NCBI GenBank assembly: GCA_963675495.1
Contig: OY776215.1
Span: 2,368,001-2,432,000 of the forward strand
Length of the DNA: 64,000 bases
Reading direction: 5' to 3'
Origin: an uncultured Methanolobus sp.
Lineage (GTDB): Archaea > Halobacteriota > Methanosarcinia > Methanosarcinales > Methanosarcinaceae
The notes beneath the pieces are model-generated. The model saw nothing but the letters and a program-made list of their open reading frames with translations, was not told the origin of the DNA and made no database searches. A program made the translations under genes and the position numbers. This document shows, in pieces, positions 45,501 to 55,132 of this stretch; positions within the stretch are counted from its first letter, which is position 1, and each line of letters opens with the position of its first letter.

Positions 45501-45770
45501 TTAGACAGGTCTTCCGACTTCTGTCACTGTTACGCTCTCAACACCTTCAACTGCTGCAAAAGCCTGTTCTACTAATTCGGTACCGCCTTCGAGGTCACCT
45601 ACGATGACGACCATGATGATGGCCTTAAGTCCGAATGCGATAGGTTCTTCCTTGTGAGTACCGTATTCTGCGCCCTCTGGAAGTGATGCGATGAGGTTGT
45701 CTTTAAGCTCTTCGAGGTTTGTATCGACATCCACAGGCATTATCTTAATAGTTGCTGCAACTTCTCCCAT
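45501..45770 (-). CDS. ef1b: Elongation factor 1-beta
   Basis: KIMP, EEPIAFGLKA, GVESV. Confidence 0.95.
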   Translation of the reverse strand: MGEVAATIKIMPVDVDTNLEELKDNLIASLPEGAEYGTHKEEPIAFGLKAIIMVVIVGDLEGGTELVEQAFAAVEGVESVTVTEVGRPV

Positions 45771-45780
45771 TTAATTCACC

Positions 45781-45948
45781 TCATGCTCCTGAAAATCCGC
45801 ATTTCGGACATTTGTATGGGTTGCTCTGCTGCCTGCAGCTTATACATCTTCCAAGCTCGTTGCCACAAACAGGACATGGGAAGCGTACATAGCCGGTTTC
45901 CACAAGTCTCGTGTTGCATGTGGTACAATTATCGACTTTATTTGCCAT
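45781..45948 (-). CDS. Small double zinc-finger protein (DUF1610/HVO_2753-like)
   Basis: Not in ORF track: [55 protein letters not shown]; usual gene upstream of ef1b. Confidence 0.9.
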   Translation of the reverse strand: MANKVDNCTTCNTRLVETGYVRFPCPVCGNELGRCISCRQQSNPYKCPKCGFSGA

Positions 45949-46039
45949 TTAGAATCTCCTTACTATGAATAATATGTGATTAATATAAATACTGAAAAAT
46001 CAGCATGTCAGTGATTTCAGTACATACGCAGTATATAAT

Positions 46040-46672
46040 TTAAATATTCCCCTTGATGTGAGTCCCGATTACATTCTTTCCGATAACAGCGTCAATGACT
46101 CTTTCAGGGTACATTCCGTTGACAACGACACAATCCATCATGTTTTCCATCAAAAATACAGGCAGTGAGCTGTCAATACATGTAATTCCCATCCTTGAAA
46201 GCTCTCTGGCAGTCATCCACTTCTGAATAATATCATCGGCAATAACTCCATCAACATCAGTCACTTTAATAAAACGCGATCCAGTTTCCCGGGCAATCCA
46301 TGCTCCTATGGTATCTGATGTAACATTCCATGAATGTGGTAACTTATCGCTTTCCCTGAGCATTTTGTACGGTAACAACACAGAAACTCCACTTGGAACC
46401 TCCTCTATATTTTCAACAGAGTTGACTCCTGTCTTATCTACAATATAGTGGGCGTATTGTTCCATTGAAAGAATGGCCATCCAGTGAGCTGCATCATCTC
46501 CGATTTCGTATTTTTCACTGATAGTTCTGATAGAATCTGCAAAAACCCCACCACCGGGAACTATGAGTATCGAGTGATCGTTTCCGTTGCTTCTTTCCAG
46601 ATGCTTCAGAGAGTCAACGATAGAATGTGAATACTTCATAATACTTCCTCCAAGTTTCACGACGATCTTCAT
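46040..46672 (-). CDS. mfnE: Amino-acid-kinase family; methanofuran pathway kinase
   Basis: VVKLGGS, VPGGGVFAD, AHWMAI, LPHSWNVTSD. Confidence 0.8.
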   Translation of the reverse strand: MKIVVKLGGSIMKYSHSIVDSLKHLERSNGNDHSILIVPGGGVFADSIRTISEKYEIGDDAAHWMAILSMEQYAHYIVDKTGVNSVENIEEVPSGVSVLLPYKMLRESDKLPHSWNVTSDTIGAWIARETGSRFIKVTDVDGVIADDIIQKWMTARELSRMGITCIDSSLPVFLMENMMDCVVVNGMYPERVIDAVIGKNVIGTHIKGNI

Positions 46673-46731
46673 AGCAATTGAACCCCCAATATCTTAATTT
46701 CTCTCTTTAGATATGTATATTTCAATCGGAC

Positions 46732-47721
46732 TTATTCTTTTCCTGAAGCATTAGCTTCATCTTCAATAATCTTCGCTGCAGCATATGCAGGGAATACTTT
46801 TGAAACATCCGCTCCCCATTTACTGGCCACAGAAATACATTCAAAACCAAGTATTTCTGCCGCCTCTTTTATGAGAAATTCTCCAAGTCCGGCAGATACT
46901 ATCCTGTCAAGACCATTCCTTTCAGCAACAACTGATATAGCCTGGCTCAAAAGGCTTACCTGTCTTTCCTTGACCTGCTGGGCGATATGGTATATTTCAT
47001 CTGCTGAGATCTCTGTAAGGTCTGCGCATACAACACGTGCCAGTCTTCTCATAGCATCTGTTTTACTCTTGCCTGCGCCATCGGCAGTCTCGCAAGTATA
47101 CAGTTCTTCTGTGATATTTTCTAGTAGTAAGTACGCATCTGCAGTAGTTGAGAATAATTCTGATGCGATATGGCAGTCTCCATCCGCAACGTTTACTTTT
47201 TCAAGCAGGTATGCAAGGTTGGTCCTGAGTGTTCCTGCATAGAACAATTCACTGCGAACAAGCCTTGAGAAGTCAGTTAGGCCTGCCACATGTTTTCCAT
47301 TTTTGATAGGAATAATATCACTGGTCGTGCTTCCTACGTCTACAAAGATACAATCTCCTATCTCCGAGCCAATCAGTCTGGAAGATGCTGCCCAGTTTGC
47401 TGCAGCGAGGTCTCGCAGGTTTCCTGAACTTTCATGGAAATGTCCACTACTATCAATGTATTTAACTTCACAATCAAAAGCATCATTAACAGAACGCATG
47501 ATAAAATCGATACCCTTATCTTTATCTTCAAAACAATCCGCAAGTTCGCCGGTCATGACCACACTGACCTTATCAGGTTTCAATTCCTCTGCAATGTCTC
47601 TCAGAGATGTGGGCAATGTTGTGTCCTTCCACAACGGTATATAATGCAGTTCAATTATCTCTCCGTCAGCGGATGCTATCTTAGTATTAGCACCACCAAT
47701 ATCAATTCCGATTATTTTCAT
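46732..47721 (-). CDS. mfnF: Hydantoinase/oxoprolinase-like methanofuran synthase
   Basis: GIDIGGANTK, MTGELADCF, DVGSTTSDIIP, RRLARVVCAD. Confidence 0.82.
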   Translation of the reverse strand: MKIIGIDIGGANTKIASADGEIIELHYIPLWKDTTLPTSLRDIAEELKPDKVSVVMTGELADCFEDKDKGIDFIMRSVNDAFDCEVKYIDSSGHFHESSGNLRDLAAANWAASSRLIGSEIGDCIFVDVGSTTSDIIPIKNGKHVAGLTDFSRLVRSELFYAGTLRTNLAYLLEKVNVADGDCHIASELFSTTADAYLLLENITEELYTCETADGAGKSKTDAMRRLARVVCADLTEISADEIYHIAQQVKERQVSLLSQAISVVAERNGLDRIVSAGLGEFLIKEAAEILGFECISVASKWGADVSKVFPAYAAAKIIEDEANASGKE

Positions 47722-48647
47722 ATGATGTCCTCAATATCATCTTTTGTGAAAGAGCATTCCCCTTCAAGAATTACTGAATCGGGAAGTTTACCAAATACAT
47801 TCATCAGCATAAGTTCTGCAATTTCGCCTTTTAGGGTCTGAACAAGTCCGAATATTGCAGTTGTAGGTCTGGGATTAACATCAATAACATAGGGTCTGTC
47901 CCCATAGACAATATCAATTCCTATGTACCCACTACACCCAAGTGCTTCAACAGTTTTTTTTGCGACCAGAAACACTTCCTCTTCGTAGTCTGTCTTGTAT
48001 GGTACCTGATTGCCTTTGTAATCAAAGATAGTATCATCATTTTCTTTTTTGATGTCGATAAGCTGTTTGTTCAGGCTCAGTGGAAGTGCTCGCTGTCCGC
48101 AGATCATACTCACACTAAGGTGTTCACCTTCAATGTATTCGGTTGCGATATATTCCTCTTCCTCAGTATCCATTTTTTCCGGAAAGGTCATTCTGACCCC
48201 CTCGGATGCGCATCCAAACCTTGGTTTCATGACATACTTCCCTTTGAATCCTTTACTTACTATTCTGGGTGTAGCTATGAAATTCGAGTCAAGGGTCTGT
48301 GTACACATAAGTTTATCAGCACATAGTCGCACAAACTCTGCCGGGCACCCGAGGTTAATAGTGTTCTTTTCTAGAATATCTGTCAGGTCTCCCAGAAGTT
48401 CATCTGGTCCAATTACAAGACCTGCATCATTATTCTTTGCAGCATTTTCAAGTACGTTTTCAAAGTTTTCTTCATTAGATATAATTGCAGTTCCGTTTTT
48501 AAGCTTGCTTTCTGCAGTGAGGTAGGTAACTTCATGCCCAAGGCGATGAAAACTGTCGGCAAGAGTGCTCAACATGGCTTTGCCTTCCAGCAACAGCGTG
48601 CCTTTAAGTCCGATTCCCATTGCATATTCTGCAAGCAGTATTTTCAT
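47718..48647 (-). CDS. mfnD: ATP-grasp tyramine-glutamate ligase
   Basis: MKILLAEY...EGKAML, KPRFGCASEG, GYIGID, DVNPRPTT. Confidence 0.82.
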   Translation of the reverse strand: MKILLAEYAMGIGLKGTLLLEGKAMLSTLADSFHRLGHEVTYLTAESKLKNGTAIISNEENFENVLENAAKNNDAGLVIGPDELLGDLTDILEKNTINLGCPAEFVRLCADKLMCTQTLDSNFIATPRIVSKGFKGKYVMKPRFGCASEGVRMTFPEKMDTEEEEYIATEYIEGEHLSVSMICGQRALPLSLNKQLIDIKKENDDTIFDYKGNQVPYKTDYEEEVFLVAKKTVEALGCSGYIGIDIVYGDRPYVIDVNPRPTTAIFGLVQTLKGEIAELMLMNVFGKLPDSVILEGECSFTKDDIEDII

Positions 48648-48960
48648 GTTGGTTGCAACTGCACTATTCGATATATCCTTTGCTATTATATGCCTGATCT
48701 TAGAAGGGTGTGTATTTATCAATGATGATAATTTCTTTACAGTGAAACGTCTTATATAGGTGTTGAACTCTACCTCTAAATCATAGAGGTTTTTAGATCG
48801 CTTTTTTCAATATTTCTAAATAATGCTTTCTGAAATTATAATGGCATTATAATTTGATACTGCGTAGTAAATTTTACCGGATTTATGTTATATATCAAAA
48901 ATGTTAATTGTTATATGTAGATTGAGTAAGTTCAATCTCAGTCGGATATATTTGCGGGTT

Positions 48961-49105
48961 GGGAAATGGGAGTTTCTCAAATAAAGAGTGGGGTCTTCGA
49001 AAATGCTATCTTTCTAAGCGAAGATAACGTTTTCATGGAATATGTGTACATCTTTTCGGTGGTACACTCAAAAGAGGCAGAGTGTGGTTTCACATCTGCC
49101 TCTTT
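48961..49105 (+). ncRNA. Candidate structured RNA (four consecutive hairpins)
   Basis: Stems at 48961-48978 (GGGA tetraloop), 48999-49034, 49044-49067, 49071-49105; TATA-like elements at about 48888-48918. Confidence 0.5.
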
Positions 49106-49157
49106 CTATACTATATAGGTAAAATATCTCTATGGCTTAACTTAAGGGGTACTAAAA

Positions 49158-49292
49158 ATGGGGTTATTGAAGAAATGTCCGGAGTGCAATAATGCATTTC
49201 AGGATGATGGAAAAGACGTACAGTTTTGTAAGGTATGTGGGTACTGGACAAAGAAAAACACTGCAAGAATAGATTTTTTAGTGATGTGTTAG
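49158..49292 (+). CDS. Zinc-ribbon microprotein 1 (44 aa)
   Basis: MGLLKKCPECNNAFQDDGKDVQFCKVCGYWTKKNTARIDFLVMC; AGGGGT RBS. Confidence 0.72.
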   Translation: MGLLKKCPECNNAFQDDGKDVQFCKVCGYWTKKNTARIDFLVMC

Positions 49293-49308
49293 TGTGAATA
49301 ATTTAAAA

Positions 49309-49434
49309 ATGGAAACCGATGTAAAAATTTCCTGCACATTTTGCGGGAACGCATTGAAAAAACAAAAACTAGGTTCTAACTACATATATTATTGTTCGCA
49401 ATGTGGTAGTATGACCAGCTCTGATTTATTTTGA
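49309..49434 (+). CDS. Zinc-ribbon microprotein 2 (41 aa)
   Basis: METDVKISCTFCGNALKKQKLGSNYIYYCSQCGSMTSSDLF; 16 bp after the previous ORF. Confidence 0.68.
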   Translation: METDVKISCTFCGNALKKQKLGSNYIYYCSQCGSMTSSDLF

Positions 49435-49699
49435 AATAGATTAAATAAATGATTAATTTCAGGGATTTCTTTTCATTTATTAATGAAAAATTCTAAAAGA
49501 TCAGCTGGTATATTTTCTTTTTATGTTTTCCGTGGTTTTGATTCATTATCGTGTGCCCATGGAAATGCTTATGTTGCTAGGTTACATAACTACAATTAAG
49601 GGGTTGCTGGGTAAAAGGCCTTCATAAGTTTCAGTCCATGATCTAAGGCAAGCCACATGCAATAGTTTCAAACTCGAACATTGGAATGGGGGTCGTTGT

Positions 49700-50485
49700 A
49701 TAAGACGTTCACTGCTTGATACAATATTCATGTCAGAAAAAAGGAAGAACCTTATGTTATTTCTCAGAGATGGTCCTCGGGAGATGGATGAGATACTTGA
49801 GGTTCTTGGCGTCACAAGGCATGCATTACTGCCTCAGATAAAGATATTGTCTGAGAAAAGGCTAGTGGTAAAAGAAAAAGGTGTGTGCCGGCTTTCAGAA
49901 ATAGGTGAGATTATAGTAGAGGATATGGTGCCGCTTGTAGGAACTTTAAAACTGCTTGAGGGTAATTTTGATTATTGGACAAAGCATGAACTCAGTTCAA
50001 TTCCTCCTCACCTTCTTAATAGAATACGGGAACTGGTACACTGCGAGATAATGGAGCCTGATCTAAATGACATGTTTGAACTTAATACTGATTTAATTGA
50101 AAAAGCGCTTGAGTCTAAATTTATTATGGGGGCTACAGCTTTTTTACACCCTGCTTATCCTTCATTTCTTTTGGATTTGGTGAAGAACGATGTCGATGTT
50201 TCTATTATCATGACTGAATCTGCATTGAAAAAACTTAAAGTAGATTACGAAGCTGAGTTCAAAATGTTCTTGAATAATGGGAACGCAAAATTATTCGTCT
50301 ATCCTGATGATATGAAACTTGCCTCACTTTTTCTTACGGAAAAGTATCTGATGATGTGCCTTTTTGACCAGAACGGCAATTATGATCGCAAGGACCTTGT
50401 ATTCTGCAATGAACTTGCATTGCACTGGGGCAAAGAATTGTTTGATCACTATCTTTCAAGATCACATCCAATATTGGACTTGTAA
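49700..50485 (+). CDS. Winged-HTH transcriptional regulator with DUF1724 domain (first ATG 49730; probable start ATA 49700)
   Basis: SEKRKNLMLFL..GP, LLPQIKIL, YWTKHELSSIP, WGKELFDHY. Confidence 0.88.
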   Translation: MRRSLLDTIFMSEKRKNLMLFLRDGPREMDEILEVLGVTRHALLPQIKILSEKRLVVKEKGVCRLSEIGEIIVEDMVPLVGTLKLLEGNFDYWTKHELSSIPPHLLNRIRELVHCEIMEPDLNDMFELNTDLIEKALESKFIMGATAFLHPAYPSFLLDLVKNDVDVSIIMTESALKKLKVDYEAEFKMFLNNGNAKLFVYPDDMKLASLFLTEKYLMMCLFDQNGNYDRKDLVFCNELALHWGKELFDHYLSRSHPILDL

Positions 50486-50605
50486 TATCACGAAAAAGTT
50501 TTTCCTCTTTTAATTCCGAGTAATCACATACTGCTTTTTATATTTATAGTATGTAACTATATATTAACAATGGATATATACTATGATTACCGATAGAGGA
50601 CTGGG

Positions 50606-51019
50606 ATGAAAATGGATGTAAATACTGAAAACCCATTTGTACAGGCACTGGCAGTTTCTACAACGATGGCAATTTTTATGGTCGGTGTGGCATTTGGGCT
50701 GATGAGCATGGCAAAAAGTGGTTCAACACAGGTTCCGATGCCTGTTATGCTTCTTATTTTTGCGGTGATCTTCATAGCGGGTTCTGTTTATTTTGAATCA
50801 CGTGGTGCAGATTACATGGGATCTCTTGTAGGGGGCTCAATAGTATCTTTGACTGCAACGTTCTCAGCCACAGCTTTTTTTAGTGGTATAAAGTATGCCC
50901 TTGAAGGTGGCATCACTGCTGTTGGATTGGAACAGGTCATTTCTGCACTAGCCTTGTGCATGATAGCCAGCATGTTCCTGATACGTGTTTTGCAGCATAA
51001 GTTCAAAGGGTCTTTTTAA
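50606..51019 (+). CDS. Four-TM membrane protein upstream of grpE
   Basis: Four hydrophobic segments; position matches the small ORF preceding grpE in Methanosarcina. Confidence 0.8.
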   Translation: MKMDVNTENPFVQALAVSTTMAIFMVGVAFGLMSMAKSGSTQVPMPVMLLIFAVIFIAGSVYFESRGADYMGSLVGGSIVSLTATFSATAFFSGIKYALEGGITAVGLEQVISALALCMIASMFLIRVLQHKFKGSF

Positions 51020-51176
51020 AATAATTATTTTTTTATATGAGTGCTTATCTTTTCTCTTTTTTGTGGACTTCGTTTTGCTAAAATAACGCGATTGTACGAT
51101 AACTATTTATAGAACATCAAACAATCACTAGTTCGAATGCACATTACCGCGCACAGAACATGCGGAGAAATTAAGA

Positions 51177-51695
51177 ATGGCTGATGGACCAGAAAATTGT
51201 GAAGAATTAGATTCGAAACCAGTTGAAGACGGCAAAGTCGCAGGAAATCCTTCTGAGGATGAAGTTACAGAACTCAGGGATAAACTTCTGCGCATGACTG
51301 CAGAATTCGATAATTTCCGAAAAAGAAGTGCTCGTGAAAAAGAAGAATATCGTAAGTTCGCAGTTGAGCAGGTTATAATTGAGCTCCTTGAGGTTTATGA
51401 CAACTTCGAACGTGCACTTGAGTCTGCAAAGCAGGCCGATGATATCTCATCTATAATTAAAGGTGTTGAGATGGTCTTTAAACAGTTTACTGGAATACTT
51501 GAGAAGGAAGGCCTTCAAAAAATTGAGTGTGAAGGTACTGAATTTGACCCTTATTTACATGAAGCTATGATGCATGTAGAACACCCGGAGCATGATGAGA
51601 ATATTGTTGTTGATGTCTGTAAACCCGGATACTATTTGCATACAAAGGTGATAAGGCCTGCAATGGTTACAGTATCAAAGAAATCGGATAAATGA
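51177..51695 (+). CDS. grpE: Nucleotide exchange factor GrpE
   Basis: AEFDNFRKR, DNFERAL, FDPYLHEA, IRPAMVTV. Confidence 0.96.
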   Translation: MADGPENCEELDSKPVEDGKVAGNPSEDEVTELRDKLLRMTAEFDNFRKRSAREKEEYRKFAVEQVIIELLEVYDNFERALESAKQADDISSIIKGVEMVFKQFTGILEKEGLQKIECEGTEFDPYLHEAMMHVEHPEHDENIVVDVCKPGYYLHTKVIRPAMVTVSKKSDK

Positions 51696-51794
51696 AACGG
51701 AAAAAAGGTTTCTATCCTGACAAGGATATATTCAATATAAATAACACACAATTATTAATAGCAATTAAAATTCATTCATAAATGAGGTAATAAA

Positions 51795-53648
51795 ATGGGA
51801 AAGATATTGGGAATTGATTTAGGAACTACAAATTCCTGTATGGCTGTTATCGAAGGAGGAGAACCTACTATTATCCCTAATGCTGAGGGAGGAAGGACTA
51901 CACCTTCAGTTGTAGGTTTTTCTAAAAAGGGCGAGAAACTGGTGGGGCAGGTTGCCAAAAGGCAGCTCATCACCAATGCTGACAACAGTGTTAGCTCTAT
52001 CAAAAGACACATTGGAGAGTCTGATTATCAGGTAACTCTCAATGGTAAGGGGTACTCTCCTCAGGAAATCTCCGCAATGATTCTACGTAAGTTAAAGGAA
52101 GATGCAGAGTCCTATCTTGGGGAAACTATCACACAGGCAGTTATTACTGTTCCTGCGTACTTCAATGACTCTCAAAGACAGGCTACAAAGGATGCAGGTA
52201 CAATTGCCGGTCTTGAGGTCATGAGAATTATCAATGAGCCTACTGCAGCAGCTCTTGCATATGGTCTTGATAAGGATGAAGAAGATCACAAGATTCTCAT
52301 CTATGATCTTGGTGGCGGTACATTTGATGTATCCATTCTTGAGCTTGGTGGTGGAGTATTTGAAGTTCTTTCAACCAGTGGTGACACTCACCTTGGTGGG
52401 GATGATTTCGACCAGAGAATCGTAGACTTCCTTGTAGAGGAATTCAATAAGGCAGAAGGTATTGACCTTTCCAAGGACAAGGCAGCACTACAGCGTTTGA
52501 AGGATGCTGCTGAGAAAGCAAAGATCGAGCTTTCAGGTGTAGCAACAACAAACGTCAACCTTCCGTTCATTACTGCAGATGCCAATGGTCAGCCAAAACA
52601 CATTGACATTGACCTTACAAGAGCACAGTTCGAGAAGATGACTTCCGATCTGCTCGACAAGACCATGGTGGCTGTCAATCAGGCAATGAAGGATGCAAAA
52701 CTCAGTGCAAAGGACATTGACAGGGTACTTCTGGTAGGCGGTTCTACAAGGATGCCTTCAGTTGCAGAAGCTGTGAAGAAGGCAACAGAAAAGGACCCAT
52801 ACAAGAACATCAATCCTGATGAAGCTGTTGCAGTTGGTGCGGCAGTACAGGCAGGTGTCCTTGGTGGAGAGGTTCATGATGTACTTCTGCTTGATGTAAC
52901 ACCATTGACCCTTGGTATCGAAACTCTTGGAGGGGTATCAACACCTCTTATTGAAAGGAACACGACTATTCCAACCAAGAAGAGTCAGGTCTTCTCTACA
53001 GCAGCTGACAACCAGCCATCTGTTGAGATCCACGTACTTCAGGGTGAGAGAGGTGTAGCATCTGCTAACAAGACTCTTGGAAGGTTCACTCTTGACGGAA
53101 TTCCACCTTCGCCAAGAGGTCTTCCACAGATCGAGGTAACATTCGATATTGATGCAAACGGTATCCTGCATGTCAATGCACAGGACAAGGGAACCGGTAA
53201 GGAACAGTCTATTTCCATCCAGAAGCCAGGCGGTCTTTCTGATGAGGAAATTGACCAGATGGTAAAAGATGCAGAATTGCATGCTGAAGAGGACAAGAAA
53301 CGCAAGGAAGAGGTTGAGATCAAGAACGAAGCTGAATCACTTGTTAATGCTGCTGAAAAGACTCTCAAGGAAGCAGACGATATTGCAACCGATGAGCAGA
53401 AGTCCAAGGTCGAAGCTGCAGTCAGTGATCTTAAGACTGCTCTGGAAACTGAAGATCTCGAAGATATCAAGGCAAAGACGGAAGCGCTCCAGACTGCTGT
53501 CTATGATGTTTCTGCTGCAATGTACCAGAAGGCACAGGAAGAAGCTGCGTCTGCAGCATCTGCTTCAGAAGAATCCGATTCATCTGCAGACTCCGACGAG
53601 GAGACTATTGTAGATGCAGATTATGAAGTAGTTGATGAAGACAAGTAA
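51795..53648 (+). CDS. dnaK: Chaperone DnaK
   Basis: [32 protein letters not shown]. Confidence 0.99.
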   Translation: MGKILGIDLGTTNSCMAVIEGGEPTIIPNAEGGRTTPSVVGFSKKGEKLVGQVAKRQLITNADNSVSSIKRHIGESDYQVTLNGKGYSPQEISAMILRKLKEDAESYLGETITQAVITVPAYFNDSQRQATKDAGTIAGLEVMRIINEPTAAALAYGLDKDEEDHKILIYDLGGGTFDVSILELGGGVFEVLSTSGDTHLGGDDFDQRIVDFLVEEFNKAEGIDLSKDKAALQRLKDAAEKAKIELSGVATTNVNLPFITADANGQPKHIDIDLTRAQFEKMTSDLLDKTMVAVNQAMKDAKLSAKDIDRVLLVGGSTRMPSVAEAVKKATEKDPYKNINPDEAVAVGAAVQAGVLGGEVHDVLLLDVTPLTLGIETLGGVSTPLIERNTTIPTKKSQVFSTAADNQPSVEIHVLQGERGVASANKTLGRFTLDGIPPSPRGLPQIEVTFDIDANGILHVNAQDKGTGKEQSISIQKPGGLSDEEIDQMVKDAELHAEEDKKRKEEVEIKNEAESLVNAAEKTLKEADDIATDEQKSKVEAAVSDLKTALETEDLEDIKAKTEALQTAVYDVSAAMYQKAQEEAASAASASEESDSSADSDEETIVDADYEVVDEDK

Positions 53649-53669
53649 ATATACATGGATCAACGCCTG

Positions 53670-53709
53670 GGTAAGATACTTTAATGTTAAAGGTATCTTA
53701 CCTACTTTT
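53670..53709 (+). terminator. Long stem-loop between dnaK and dnaJ
   Basis: GGTAAGATACTTTAA-TG-TTAAAGGTATCTTACC then TACTTTT. Confidence 0.6.
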
Positions 53710-53752
53710 AGTTTCAATTTCATAACCATCATATGCATAACGGGAATCATCC

Positions 53753-54916
53753 ATGTCCACAACACGCGATTATTACGAAATATTAGGCTTATCCAAAGAT
53801 GCCACAGAATCCGAGATCAAAAAAGCTTATAGGAAGCTTGCAATGCAATATCATCCGGACAAAAATAAGGATGATGATGCTGAAGAGAAGTTCAAGGAAA
53901 TATCTGAAGCGTATGCTGTACTTTCTGATACTGAGAAAAGAGAGCAATATGACAGGTTCGGTCATGCAGGTATCGATGGCCGTTATAGTCAGGAAGATAT
54001 ATTCCGCAACGCAGACTTTGGTGGATTTGGTGACCTTGGTGATATATTTGGAAGCATATTCGGTGGTGGCGGTTTTGGAGGTTTTGGCGGTGGACAAAGG
54101 AGGCAGGGTCCATCCAGAGGGTCTGACCTTCGCTATGACCTGACAGTTACTCTTGAGCAGGCAGCAACAGGAGTTGATACAACTATCAATATCCCAAGGG
54201 CTGAGAACTGTGAGTCCTGTGGGGGTACCGGTGCAAAATCAGGTACTAGCCCTCATACGTGTTCTACATGTCATGGTTCAGGACAGGTTACACAGGCACG
54301 TAATACTCCATTTGGAAGATTCATGTCTACCAGTACATGTAATACATGTCATGGAAGAGGGCAGATCATTGAGACTCCATGTCCTGCATGTAAGGGTACT
54401 GGTAAGATCAAGAAAGTCCGTAAGATATCTGTTAAAGTACCCAAAGGAGCTGACAACGGCATTCGTCTCAAGATCAGGGGGGAAGGTGAAGAAGGAAGCC
54501 CAGGTGCACCATCTGGTGATCTTTATGTTGTAATTCATGTGGAGCCACATGACAAGTTCCAGCGTGTAGGCAATGACATACTCTACGAGCAGCTAATATC
54601 TTTCTCAATGGCAGCACTCGGTGGGGATGTAATGGTCCCGACACTTCATGGAAAAGTAAAAATGAACATTAAAGCCGGAACCCAGACGCATTCCATACTA
54701 CGTCTGAAAGGCAAAGGAATGCCTCATCTTCATGGTCATTCTCACGGTGATCAGCTTGTCAAGATCATTGTCAGAACGCCTACAAAACTATCAGGGGATC
54801 AAAAAGAACTCCTTAAAAAGTTCCAGAAGCTTGAAGATGGGTCAGATATGAAAAATCCAAAAGGTGGCAAAGGTATCTTCGAAAAAATGAAAGGTGCTTT
54901 TGAAGCTGGAATATAG
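53753..54916 (+). CDS. dnaJ: Chaperone DnaJ
   Basis: HPD J-domain, G/F region, four CxxCxGxG. Confidence 0.99.
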   Translation: MSTTRDYYEILGLSKDATESEIKKAYRKLAMQYHPDKNKDDDAEEKFKEISEAYAVLSDTEKREQYDRFGHAGIDGRYSQEDIFRNADFGGFGDLGDIFGSIFGGGGFGGFGGGQRRQGPSRGSDLRYDLTVTLEQAATGVDTTINIPRAENCESCGGTGAKSGTSPHTCSTCHGSGQVTQARNTPFGRFMSTSTCNTCHGRGQIIETPCPACKGTGKIKKVRKISVKVPKGADNGIRLKIRGEGEEGSPGAPSGDLYVVIHVEPHDKFQRVGNDILYEQLISFSMAALGGDVMVPTLHGKVKMNIKAGTQTHSILRLKGKGMPHLHGHSHGDQLVKIIVRTPTKLSGDQKELLKKFQKLEDGSDMKNPKGGKGIFEKMKGAFEAGI

Positions 54917-54928
54917 TTATTTTCATAA

Positions 54929-55016
54929 GGAATCAATTTTTTTATTTTTAATTCGTAATCCTTTTTGGGCAGGGAATTAATTTTTTTATTTTTAATTCGT
55001 AATCCTTTTTGGGCAG
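54929..55016. repeat. 2 x 44-bp tandem duplication after dnaJ
   Basis: GGAATYAATTTTTTTATTTTTAATTCGTAATCCTTTTTGGGCAG twice, one mismatch. Confidence 0.92.
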
Positions 55017-55132
55017 TTATTTATATTGCTTCGTTAATTAAATGGTTAACCTTAAAAACCAATAAGCATATTATGCAGTTTTGATTTCAGTATCATATCA
55101 ATAATTTAATTATGACCTTTTGAAGGTATACC

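Noticed and set aside
48966-49118. 50-codon ORF over the hairpin array as a protein gene
   Set aside because: No family motif or convincing RBS; RNA structure explains the sequence better. Mentioned only as a possibility.
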